Assembly: GCA_964658305.1 (NCBI GenBank)
Contig: OZ210885.1
Location: 5,704,001 to 5,768,000 of the forward strand
DNA: 64,000 bases
Direction: 5' to 3'
Source: Leptogorgia sarmentosa
Lineage: Eukaryota
Both the position numbers and the translations under genes were made by a program. Position 1 is the first letter of the stretch, and every line of letters starts with the position of its first letter. The notes beneath the pieces were generated by a model, which was not told the origin of the DNA, did no database searches, and saw nothing but the letters and a program-made list of their open reading frames with translations. This document shows positions 26,901-39,024 of this stretch, piece after piece.

Positions 26901-28863
26901 GCATAGACAACATTGTATGAAAGTGGATCATATGTTGAAAAGGTTCCCACGTCCCTATTCAATGAAATCAACCATACGTTTTCGAAATCAGGCAAGAGAA
27001 CCATGCAACTATCTGAAATACTTCCAGAGTTTGCTCAAGTAATAATAAATTCGTACCAGCCGCATGCTGTTCTGCGCAACGTTAATTCAGTTCCTTCGCC
27101 GAATGGAAACATACCTACGGAGGCCTGATTTCGAGAACTTCTGGTTGATTTCATTGAATAGGGACGTGGGAACGTTTTCAACATTCGGGGGCGGCTGCGA
27201 ACCTCACGCCACAAGAAAAAAATTATATCTCGATTCTCGACCAAGTTGAGTTTTGAGCGGTAGATACATGCATGGCATTCTTCGTCCTAATACTGTAGTT
27301 CCTAATAAGAATATAATTATGCAATATCTATGAAATGTCATGAACGTACTGTATAGCCGCTTTGCCGAGTAAACGAAAAATTGTTGAAAATAATGAGTCA
27401 CTGCAAGCATAAACATCTATGTGATTTTTGAACGAATGATAACAGTTTCCGTGACTAGCGTGTAACCACAGCAGGTTTCCTTTTCTGTTAGCTAAAAATA
27501 GTGTTAATATTAACTATGCTTTTAAAAAGTTGGGTTATGCTAATCTGCGGCCTGTGATTTGTTTTGCCTCATCAACTTGTCGCGGCAATGAATTAGTTCC
27601 ATTTTGCTGCGACCCGATTCATTTTCCCATGCGATAGAGGCTAAGCTATGCTGAAGACTTGCTTCAAAGTAAAGTAAAAAATTAGAGAAGTATAAACTCG
27701 AAAAAATATAAAATGCTCGGAAATGCCATTTCCTTCGATTTGGGCATTGACCAATAACTCCAATAGGTGTCATAACTTGGCAGAAGTGGCATGTAAATAA
27801 ATGATTAATCAGAAATTTGCTCTTATATGGAGGGTTATAGTTGCATTTTGCAGTTACAGTTGAAATTGCATAAATCTGAGAGTAAACGGGATTTTCGTGC
27901 ACACGTCATTTGCGCATGCTCAAAAATTTGGCAAGGAAATTACATACATTGTTATGGAGTTTTTATCAAATACAAACTAACACTTTGTGCGATGTCGCTT
28001 CAACATTTGTCCTGGCGCTAGAGGGTAGGTTGATATGTCGTGATTGAAGATTTGATGTTTTTATTTGGGTAGATGTATCGTGCACCTGTATTTTTCCATT
28101 GAATTTTGACTTGTTTTCGCCATAAAAATGTATTAACTGAGTCTTATTTACGTCCAATATGTGAATTTGGACCATCGTATTTGTTCTCCTGTTGAACTAT
28201 CCAACCTTGCCCTGATGCCTTTGAAAAGACAAAAAATACTACATTTCCATTTTATAGGTTTCGCATGAAATCGATGTTTTACAGCCCAGCTGCATTTCGT
28301 CTGTGAATCTCAGTTATCTGATAAAATCACAACAACAGTTCGTGTTTGCTGCAATCGTTGCTACTTTACATAAGATATTTGAGGTTTTTTCGATTCAACC
28401 AAACCACAATGTGTTTGGTACGAAAATCTATATACTGTATAGCCTATATGTTTTCCGTACAATATACTATCAAGCCGAGTTTAAATTTAAAATGCTTCTA
28501 TGCACTTCAACGGCATTTAAACATCATATATATACTGCAAGTCAAAGTGAACAGATTAAATTTTGAAGATATTTTAATAGATCAAATATTTACATGTATA
28601 TTTACTGTAAAGATACTCCGTGCGATAATGGTGCTCCGTGCGAATAAACCTAAACCGTGACGAATGAGATTTTTGGTTTTCAATAATTTATTGTCTGTAT
28701 TGTTCACAATTCTGCATAAATGGTCTCATCAGTCATCAGCCACTATCACTTCCTGGCGTAAATGTTGCATTATAAAAAATCCTTGAAAATAGTAAGTTAG
28801 TGTGCAATAAATAAAAATGTTCATTTACCAACCCAACACATTTTTCAAACCTTCGTTCTGACC

Positions 28864-30951
28864 TCAGACCGACATCGGATTGCTCTTCACTTCGCGCTCG
28901 GTGCGTCTCGGTCCCGACGTTGGACGACGGTTTATCACAGGGAAAAACTCCTTCAATCTTTCGCGTGTTTTCCAATCACCAGGACTCTCTCTGATGATTT
29001 GATGAACTACAAGCGGCAGTGTAGGAAACTTCTGACAAAAATATTCGTCGATGGAGGTAACGCTACCCGTAGCTCCCAATGGTCGAGGTTTATCACCCCA
29101 ATGTTGACGGAGGTTTCTCATGAGTCGAAGACAGTGGGTATAACGGTTACCATTATATTTTGATGGAGTCGATCCACCATGACATAGCGCAGTGAGTTCT
29201 GGATTGATAACTGCTTTCCAATCATTGGGTAACAATGGATTTCGAGGTTTTAATGGATCAGAGGCGTCCAGCTGATTCGAAACATCGCAGTTGGGATGTT
29301 TCGTGGAATTCTTGATCTCAGGTTGATTGCCTACAGCTTCTAAGAATCTCATCTGTTCTTCGGATGAGAGAAAGTAGGGGTGCTTTAAGGCTTGCTCCAC
29401 ATACGGTCGTTTTTTGGGGTCCTTAGCCAACATCTGAGAGAGCAGATCTTTGACCACAGGATCACTGAGCTCACTTAATCCTACTGGTTTGTCATCATGT
29501 AAATTTATCAGTCGATGTATTTCAGCGCCAAAAGGATGCTTTCCTTTTGTCAAGATGTAGAATGCCAGCATACCTGCCACTTGGATATCTGATGCTTCTT
29601 TGCACTTGAGCTGTACTGATGCATCTGATGGGCCTCTCACCTCATCGGAGTATAATTTACCCCAGTCAATGCATTCATGTGGAATCCAGTCTTTTGATCC
29701 ACATTCGTTATTAGTATTATAGGTACTTGCACCTGGAAAGGAGAAAAAGCCGTTTTAAATTGTTCTTACGATTCCCGGTTTTTCTTTTTGATGGACGTGA
29801 ATTAGTGGATTACTAACAAATGCGCTGAGTTCATTAATTTCCACTTCTAAACATCCATAGCTCACCTTAACAACATTCTCACGAACGCATGTATCAGATC
29901 ACGTAAAATTTTAGATATATACTACTATATATATATATAGCTTAATTCCTAAAAGACTTATGTTTACAGTCAATTCTGTGAGGTGAAAGTGAACGAATGC
30001 GATTTTCACCAATATTTTTTATCCAACTCGTATTTGCTCATTTTGCCCGATTTTGTACAAAACGTATGTCATTCGACAGCTACAAACCTGATTTTTCTTA
30101 ATATCAACAAATTACGTATAGTTATCAAGCAATTTTCACACAGTAACTTGCCAAAGATGGGCTCGGTTTTTTTGAGATACCCTGTATATATGTAGCTATT
30201 AAGCAAACTGCCAAAGACCTGTTTGTGATATTCTTATCACTTATGTGTATTGTGTGGTATCTTTAGGGGAAATATTTGTGTTATGTTTAGATCTTGAGAT
30301 AATACCTTCTTCTGGGAAAAAGCGTCCAATTCCAAAATCAGACAAAACTAAATCACCATTCACATCAATAAGTATATTAGTAGGCTTTAAGTCTCGGTGT
30401 AAAATCCTAGGCTCTCTACTATGTAGCGCTTTCAGCCCTTCCAACACTTGGCTTATCATTTTTCGAGCACGGGGTTCTGTTATGAAATCACCTTCTTTCT
30501 TAACAAACTCTTCAAGATTTTGCTCATATAAATTCAGAATCAAGTAACCAAAGTCAGGGTTCGATATGTCATCATAGAAGTGATAATTTACAACTCGTGG
30601 TGACTCGACAGCATTTCGCGAAGCCAAAATGTCTCGCTCGTTCTTCAGCAATTTACAAACGTCTTTTGGCAAACGTTTTATCGCACGTTCTATGCCATCT
30701 GATCCTAAGCAAACATACACCTTCGTGCCGTAACTACCACTGCCGATTACGAAGTCTTCTCGAAAACATACGCCGTTGTCGTTAATAATAGTAATTTCCC
30801 GATCCCTTTCCTCGTTGCTCCATACGTTTGAAAGAAGTTCGAACTTTTCTCTGTGCTTCACGGAGACTTTTTTCCAATCTTTGGGTTTCATGGCTGCGTT
30901 AAGTATTTTATTGTTATTCAAAACTCTTGACGGTCCTCTTATTCCTGCCAT
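28864..30951 (-). CDS. IRE1/RNase L-family kinase-KEN endoribonuclease, copy 1 (2 coding exons, 504 aa)
   Basis: Exons 30951-30306 and 29732-28864, phase 1. Kinase motifs GSGSYG, AIK, HRDLKPTNIL, DFG and YILTKGKHPFG. KEN motifs Y..LRLMRNLRQHW and YFCQKFPTL. Confidence 0.9.
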
Positions 30952-33900
30952 GTTGAAAATTCCTCTTTGTTCAAACGAATTTGACGCAATTGTATTGGTT
31001 TGTCTATTTACTTGGAGTTCAAAGATATGACAACTTCCTGCAAAACTGACATTTAAAGTGCTCTTTGCTAGTTGCGATGATGAACAGGAACGTGAGAATG
31101 AATCTCCTAGCTAATTCATTGGCGTCGCTACTAGTTGATGAAGCAAAACAAATCTGTGGCCACAAAAATTTGCATAAATCATAGCAGTATTTTTAGCTAG
31201 CTAGCAGGAAAGAAAACCTGCTGTGGTTGCAATACACTATGCAACCTCAAACTACTCCACACGCTAGGAAAACTGTTGTTATTCGTGCATGAATCAAAGA
31301 GATTTTTATGTTCTTCAATATAACTTATTGTTTTCGACAATATTTTGTTAACTCCGACACTGTTAGTACCCTTGTAACATTTCAGTGATATTGCATGCGT
31401 GCTTAACAGGGATTATTAATAACGCTAACAGGTGGTCATGGCCATAAAAACAAAATTATGATGTTTCATCGTCTTTTCTTCGTTATTTCCCTTGAAATCC
31501 TGTTTTCATGGTGGTTCCACTACGGCACATTCAACTGTTTATTTCATCCCCACTTATAAGACCTAATGTTTAGAACACTAACAGGTTGCTCACCGAGCTA
31601 GAGGGTCGCGACTTACTATCTTGACTATATGATAAAAAAGGATGAAATAATACGCATATATATACTGTAAGCCTGGTGCAACATTTGTTTATGGGGAGAT
31701 ACATGTAATCTGCAACCTGTGCAAGAAAAGAAAATTTATACAACAAATTTTGGCGATTTTTTTGTGCTTTTCTACTTTGTGCAACTATTGTACAACTATT
31801 GTCAATAAATCATCTATTACTGTGTTTTACTCTATTTTTTTACATTATACTGCAATGCATGTGATGTTATCATAAGCGTACGGGACCGGTAAATTTGGAG
31901 AGGCGCGGGAGCCTTTTTGCAAAAAAATTCCGTATTGGCCAAAGAAATTAATTTTTTTTGACAACTAACTATATACAAATTCTGCTGTTCTGTACTATAC
32001 AACTATATAATTGCGTTCGTTACGACCAATGTATATCACGCAATTGAAATGTGCACAGAAAAAGTAACTGCTTCTTCCCTTTCTGCTGCCAAATCTGTCA
32101 GTAATAAGATCAATCTCATCACCCATGACTGTGCTTGCATAATTATGCCCTCTCTTTTAATGCGATGCTGTTCACCCGCGTTTGATTGCTCGTGTTGCGG
32201 AGGTATGTTTCCATTCGGCGAAGGCCACTGAATTAACGTTGCGCGGAACAGCATGCGGCTGGTACGAATTTATTATTACTTGAGCAAATTCTGGAAGTAT
32301 TTCAGATAGTTGCATGTTTCTCTTGCCTGATTTCGAGGACTTATGGTTGATTTCATTGAATAAGGACGTGGGAACGTTTTCAACTTTCGGGAGCGGCTGC
32401 GAACCTCACGCCACAAGAAAAGAATTATATCTCGACCAACTTGAGTTTTGAGCGGTAGATGCATGTATGGCATTCTTCGTCCTAATACTGTAGTTCCTAA
32501 TAAAAATATAATTATGCAATATCTATGTCATGATGAACGTACTGTATAGCCACTTTGCCGAGTAAACGAAAAATTGTTGAAAATAATGAGTCACTGCAAG
32601 CATAAATATCTATGTGATTTTTGAACGAATGATAACAGTTTCCGTGACAAGCGTGTAACCACAGCAGGTTTCCTTTTCTGTTGGCTAAAATTAGTTTATT
32701 ATGCTCTTAAAAGTTGGGTTATGCTATTAAATTTGCGGCCTGTAATTTGTTTTGCCTCATCAACTTGTGGCGGCAATGAATTAGTTTCATTTTGCTGCGA
32801 CCCGATTCATTTTCCCATGCGAGAAAGAGGCTAAGCTATGCTGAAGACTTGCTTCATAGGGAATGTAGAAAATTAGAGAAGACTAAACTCGAAAAAATAT
32901 AAAATGCTCGGAAATGCCATTTCCTTAATTCCTTCGATTTGGGCATTGACCAATAGGTGTCATAACTTGCCAGAAGTGGCATGTAAATAAATGATTAATC
33001 ACAAATCTGCTCTTATATGGAAGGTTATAGGTGCGAGCTAACAGACAACATGAATTTGAAATTGCATAAATCTTAGAGTAAGCGGGATTCTGGTGGACAC
33101 GTTTTTTGCGCATGCTCAAATATTTGGCAAGGAAATTACATACATTGTTATGGAGTTTTGTACTGTAAACGTATAAAATACAAAATAACGCTTTGTGCGA
33201 TGTTGCTTCAACATTTGCCATGGCGCTAGAGGGTAGGTTGATATCTCGTGATTATATTGAAGATTTGATGTTTTTATTTGGGTAGATGTATCGTGCACCT
33301 GTATTTTTCGATTGAATTTTGACTTGTTTTCGCCATAAAAAATGTATGAACTGAGTCTTATTTACGTCCGATATGTGAATTTGGACCAACGTAATTGTTC
33401 TCCTGTTGAACTATGCAACCTTGCCTAGCTGATGACTTTGGAAAGACCAAAAATACTACATTTCCATTTTAAAGGTTTCACATGAAATCGATGTTTTACA
33501 GCCCAGGTGTATTTCGTCTGTGAATCTCAGTTAACTGATAAAATCAGAACAACGGTTCATGTTTGTTGCAATCGTTGCTACTTTACATAAGATATTTGAG
33601 GTATTTTCGATTTAACCAAACCACAATGTAAACTGTATAGCCTATATGTTTTCCGTACAATATAATATCAAGCCGAGTTTAAATTTAAATTGCTTCTATA
33701 CACTTCAACGGCATTTAAACATCATACTGTAAGTCAAAGTGGACAGATTAAATTTTTAAGATATTTTAATATATCGAATATTTACATGTATTACTGTAAA
33801 GATGCCTGTGTGCATTGTTTATAGCAAGTAGTTGTTGGCGTGCTTGGCAAATGGTGCTCCGTGCGAATAAACTTAAACCGTGACGAGTGAGATTTTGGTT

Positions 33901-34112
33901 TTCAATAATTTATTGTCTGTATTGTTCACAAATCTGCATAAATGGTCTCATCAGTCATCAGCCACTATTACTTCCTAGCGTATAAAAAATCCGGGAAAAT
34001 AGTAAGTTAGTGTGCAATAAATAAAATGTTCATTTACCAACCCAACACATTTTGCAAACCTTCGTTCTGACCTCAGACCGACATCGGATTGCTCTTCACT
34101 TCGTGCTCGGTG

Positions 34113-36186
34113 CTAACGTCTCGGTCCCGACGTTGGGCGACGGTTTATCACAGGGAAAAACTCCTTCAATCTTTCGCGTGTTTTCCAATCACCAGGACTC
34201 TCTCTGATGATTTGATGAACTACAAGCGGCAGTGTAGGAAACTTCTGACAAAAATATTCGTCGATGGAGGTAACGCTACCCGTAGCTCCCAATGGTCGAG
34301 GTTTATCACCCCAATGTTGACGGAGGTTTCTCATGAGTCGAAGACAGTGGGTATAACGGTTACCATTAAATTTTGATGGAGTCGATCCACCATCACAAAG
34401 CGCAGTGAATTCTGGATTGATAACTGCTTTCCAATCATTTGGTAACAATGGATTTCGAGGTTTTAATGGATCAGAGGCGTCCAGCTGATTCGAAACATCG
34501 CAGTTGGGATGTTTCGTGGGATTCTTGATCTCAGGTTGATTGCCTATAGCTTCTAAGAATCTCATCTGTTCTTCGGTTGAGAGAAAGTAGGGGTGCTTTA
34601 AGGCTTGCTCCACATACGGTCGTTTTTTTAGGTCCTTAGCCAACATCTGGGAGAGCAGATCTTTGACCACAGGATCACTGAGCTCACTTAATCCTACTGG
34701 TTTGTCATCATGTAAATTTATCAGTCGATGTATTTCAGCGCCAAAAGGATGCTTTCCTTTTGTCAAGATGTAGAATGCCAGCATACCTGCCACTTGGATA
34801 TCTGATGCTTCTTTGCACTTGAGCTGTACTGATGCATCTGATGGGCCTCTCACCTCATCGGAGTATAATTTAGCCCAGTCAATGCATTCATGTGCAATCC
34901 AGTCTTTTGATCCACATTCGCTATAAGTATTATAGGTACTTGCACCTGGAAAGGAGAAAAAGCCGTTTAAAATTGCTCTTACGATTTCCGGTTTTTCTTT
35001 TTGGAGTGAATTAGCGGATTCACCAAATGCGATGAGTACAATTTCCACATCTAAACATCCATGTATAGTTCTCCTTAACAACATTCTCACGAACGCACGT
35101 ATCAGATCACGTAAAATTCTCATATAATTATATAATTTATATAATTATATCATAGCTTAATTCCCAAAAGACTTATGTTTACAATCAATTCTGCGAGGAA
35201 TGCGATTTTCACCAATATTTTTTATCCAACTCGTATTTGCTCATTTTGCCCGATTTTGTACAAAACGTATGTCATTCGACAGCTACAAACCTGATTTTTT
35301 TTAATATCAACAAATTACGTATAGTTATCAAGCAATTTTCACACAGTAACTTGCCAAAGATGGGCTCGGTTTTTTTGAGATACCCTGTATATATGTAGCT
35401 ATTAAGCAAACTGCCAAATACCTGTTTATGCTATTCTTATCACTTATGTGTGGTATCTTTAGGGGAAATATTTGTGTGATGTTTAGAACTTGAGATAATA
35501 CCTTGTTCTGGGAAAAAGCGTCCAATTCCAAAATCAGACAAAACTAAATCACCATTCACATCAATAAGTATATTAGTAGGCTTTAAGTCTCGGTGTAAAA
35601 TCCTAGGCTCTCTACTATGTAACGCTTTCAGCCCTTCCAACACTTGGCTTATCATTTTTCGAGCACGGGGTTCTGTTATGAAATCACCTTCTTTCTCAAC
35701 AAACTCTTCAAGATTTTGCTCATATAAATTCAGAATCAAGTAACCAAAACCAGGGTCGGATCTGTCATCATAGAAGTGATAATTTACAACTCGTGGTGAC
35801 TCGACAACATTGGGCGAAGTCAAAATATCTCGCTCGTTCTTCAGCAATTTACAAACGTCTTTTGGCAAACGTTTTATCGCACGTTCTATGCCATCTGATC
35901 CTAAGCAAACATACACCTTCGTGCCATAACTACCACTGCCGATTACGAAGTCTTCTCGAAAACATACGCCGTTGTCGTTAATGATAGTAATTTTCCAATC
36001 CTTATTTAGGTGCTCGTTTTTCGCTTGGGATCTCCACACATTTGAAAGAAGTTCGAATTTTTTTCTGTGCTTCACGGAGACTTTTTTCCGATCTTTGGGT
36101 CTCATGGCTACGATACGTATATTATTGTCATTCAAAACTCTTCGACTATTGATAAACGTCGTTGAAACGGGTGCAGTTTTATTCAT
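34113..36186 (-). CDS. IRE1/RNase L-family kinase-KEN endoribonuclease, copy 2 (2 coding exons, 505 aa)
   Basis: Exons 36186-35502 and 34945-34113, phase 1. Same kinase and KEN motifs as copy 1 and near-identical sequence. An in-frame TGA lies about 25 codons upstream of the ATG. Confidence 0.9.
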
Positions 36187-37189
36187 GTTAGTGTGGGTTG
36201 AAGGGTTCCGGCACTGCCAGGTCTTCTTATTCCTGCTATGTTGAAAATTCCTCTTCGTTCACACAAATTTATCCCAATTGCATTGGTTTCTCTACTTTCT
36301 TCGAGTTCAAAGAAATGACAACTTCCTGGGAAACTGACAATTAAAGTGCTCTTTGCTAGTTGTGATGATGAACAGGAACGTGAGAATGAACCTAGCTAAT
36401 TCATTGGCGTCGCTACTAGTTGATGAAGCAAAACAAATCTGTGGCCACAAAAGTATTATTATTAGGCCTATAGCAGTATTTTTAGCTAGCTAGCAGGAAC
36501 GAAAACCTGCTGTGGTTGCAACACACTATGCAACCTCAAACTACTCTTCACGCTAGGAAAACTGTTGTTATTTGTGCATATATAAAATACAGAACAATGG
36601 ACACTCCGAAAAAGGTTTTCATTTTGATTCTTCATAAAATTACTTAGTGGTAACCGTAATTTGTGCATATATCAAAAAGATCTTTATGTTCGTCGGTATA
36701 ACTTATTGTTTTCGACAATATTTTGTTAACTCCGACACTGTTAGTACCCTTGTAACATTTCAGTGATATTGCATGCGTGCTTAACAGGGATTATCAATAA
36801 CGCTAACAGGTGGTCATGGCAAAAAAAAAAAACAAAGCATGATTTTTCATCGTCATTTCTTCGTTATTTCCCTTGAAATCTTGTCTGCATGCATGGTGGT
36901 TCCACTACGGCACATTCCAACATTTCCTAATGTTTAGAACACTAACAGGTTGCTCACCCAGCTAGAGGGTCGCCAGTTACTATCTTGACTATATGATAGA
37001 AAGGATGAAATAATACGCATATATACTGTAAGCCTGGTGCAACATTTGTTTAGGGGGACATACATGTAATCTGCAATCTGTGCAAGAAAATGAAATTTAT
37101 ACAACAAATTTTCGCGATTCTTTTGTGCTTTTCCTTGCTCACAAGCTAGCATTCATTACTCACATCATTACCTTCTGGTTCATTCATAG

Positions 37190-37510
37190 GATGAATTTAT
37201 CATCCGTCTCGAGACAGGGCTGAACAATGTCCCTTTTTTGAAGGCCCCAGATGTCCTCACGTACCACGTGCGTCAAAAACATGAGAAGAGTTTTCTCCAA
37301 AGAGTTTCAGATTTCTTCTTAACAAGTCGAACAGACGACGTGTTGGACGGAAGCAAGGAGAGTAATAAAAACGAACTTGAAACGGAGTTGAAGTTTCTGG
37401 ATTATCAGGTGGAAAAGGCGCTTGAAGTGAAGTTGGAAAATCTCCATTCGAAGTTACAACGCGAGCTCGGCGCAATCCGTGATGGGTTGAAAAAGTTGGA
37501 AAAACAATAG
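37190..37510 (+). pseudogene. Orphan terminal coding exon with a C-terminal coiled coil (possibly the tail of a TRP-type channel or other membrane protein)
   Basis: ttcatag|GAT acceptor, then 106 open codons DEFIIRLETGL...VEKALEVKLENLHSKLQRELGAIRDGLKKLEKQ* with heptad character. No upstream partner exons found. Family assignment is tentative. Confidence 0.45.
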
Positions 37511-38808
37511 CGAAGTTAAAGTGAATTAAACGATCAAGAATTTGACGTTTAGTGACAAAAAATCTGGTTGAGCGGCGCGGAGGATAGAAGGATTGTGGCC
37601 GTCAATCTCACTTATATATAAACATTGTTGTATTAGCAGAATCATATTAGTATACTATTACAAACGCTGAAATTTCATTGGCTGCTGCACTCGCTATCGA
37701 ATAAATAATTTGAACAGATTGTCGATGAGCGCGATCCCCAATTGTCACGTGATCATCATTTAAAATCGGACTCTTACTTTTAGAAGTCGCAAGCCACAAT
37801 TTGCAGTTTTTTGTCTTTTTGGGATATCTTATTGAAATTCTACTGAAACATTTGGCAAACCAAACGTTTTTCGCCGTCATGTTGTATTGTATTTGCTGCT
37901 ATAGTAGGCTATATTTGTATTTGGTTTATATAATATTAGATAGCGAGCACCATAACAAGTGGATTTTTGTCAAAGGAAATGTTCCTGGCCCGCGGTTTAA
38001 ATAATTTTGAATTGTGCAATATTTCATAATTATTTGATCTCTGATTATCCAGGAGTTCTTTTGATTTCCGTGGATAATAAAAACGTATATCCAAAATTCC
38101 GGCGCAAACTTAAGTCTGTATTTGATATAAATACTGACTGTATTTTCCGTTTACGATATTTCCAAGACAGGTGATGTACTTTATTTGAAAGCACTAGTCA
38201 CTAGACTAGGTACTCTTTCTGGTGTTTCTTTAGAACTCCCTGAATGAATGAATTGAATTCTCATCAACTTTCATCTTTGTTTTTTCCGGACTTTAAATCA
38301 AGAATAAAAATCTGCAAACGTGGCAAGTGAAGGTAAGGGATCAAAACAATAAACAGCAAATAAGATACAATACAATATTATAAGATTCGATGTTCCTAAA
38401 AACCTTTCGAGCGCTAGACGTCTTGAAGCGTTCCTCGTCCCCAAGCCCCGAGGATTCCAAACGTCGAATCCTATTGTATACATTATACAATATAAGATTC
38501 GTTATATATATATTTACGTATATAAAAACATTAATATAATAATTATACATGTTTACGTAGTGAGTAAAAGTGAGTAAAACCTTCGCTGTTGTTTGCTCTT
38601 AATCAATATTTCAATAACAAATTAGTGAAGGACGCTGTTCAAGTTTTTGTTTTAGTATATAATGCAAAACAGCACGCAGACTTAAGTGTTAAACCATTTC
38701 TAAAGTGCACATTAGATGGCAGCTGCCAATCATACTGTATTTGTACATGTGCGGATGCATGGGCGTACGGGCCGGGGGGGGGCACAGCCTCCTAAACGTT
38801 TCACTGTC

Positions 38809-39024
38809 GGGCAAGTGGGCAAGTGGGCAAGTGGGCAAGTGGGCAAATGGGCAAGTGGGCAAGTGGGCAAATGGGCAAGTGGGCAAGTGGGCAAGTGGGC
38901 AAGTGGGCAAGTGGGCAAGTGGGCAAGTGGGCAAGTGGGCAAGTGGGCAAGTGGGCAAGTGGGCAAGTGGGCAAGTGGGCAAGTGGGCAAGTGGGCAAGT
39001 GGGCAAGTGGGCAAGTGAGCAAGT
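38809..39024. repeat. (GGGCAAGT)x27 tandem repeat
   Basis: Read directly; three units carry single substitutions. Confidence 0.97.

Larger units (their letters stand above)
27123..37132. repeat. Direct tandem segmental duplication (~27123-31772 and ~32325-37132), each unit carrying one kinase-KEN gene
   Basis: Colinear high identity across flanks, exons and intron, e.g. gcctgatttcgag at 27123/32325 and tttgtgcttttc near 31772/37132. Confidence 0.92.

Noticed and set aside
34946..35123. N-terminal 59 aa of the 336-aa ORF as coding sequence
   Set aside because: It lies in the intron upstream of the acceptor at 34945, and the equivalent frame is closed in copy 1.
28864..36186. Calling these canonical IRE1/ERN1 or RNASEL
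   Set aside because: No luminal/TM or ankyrin regions; orthology cannot be assigned without phylogeny.
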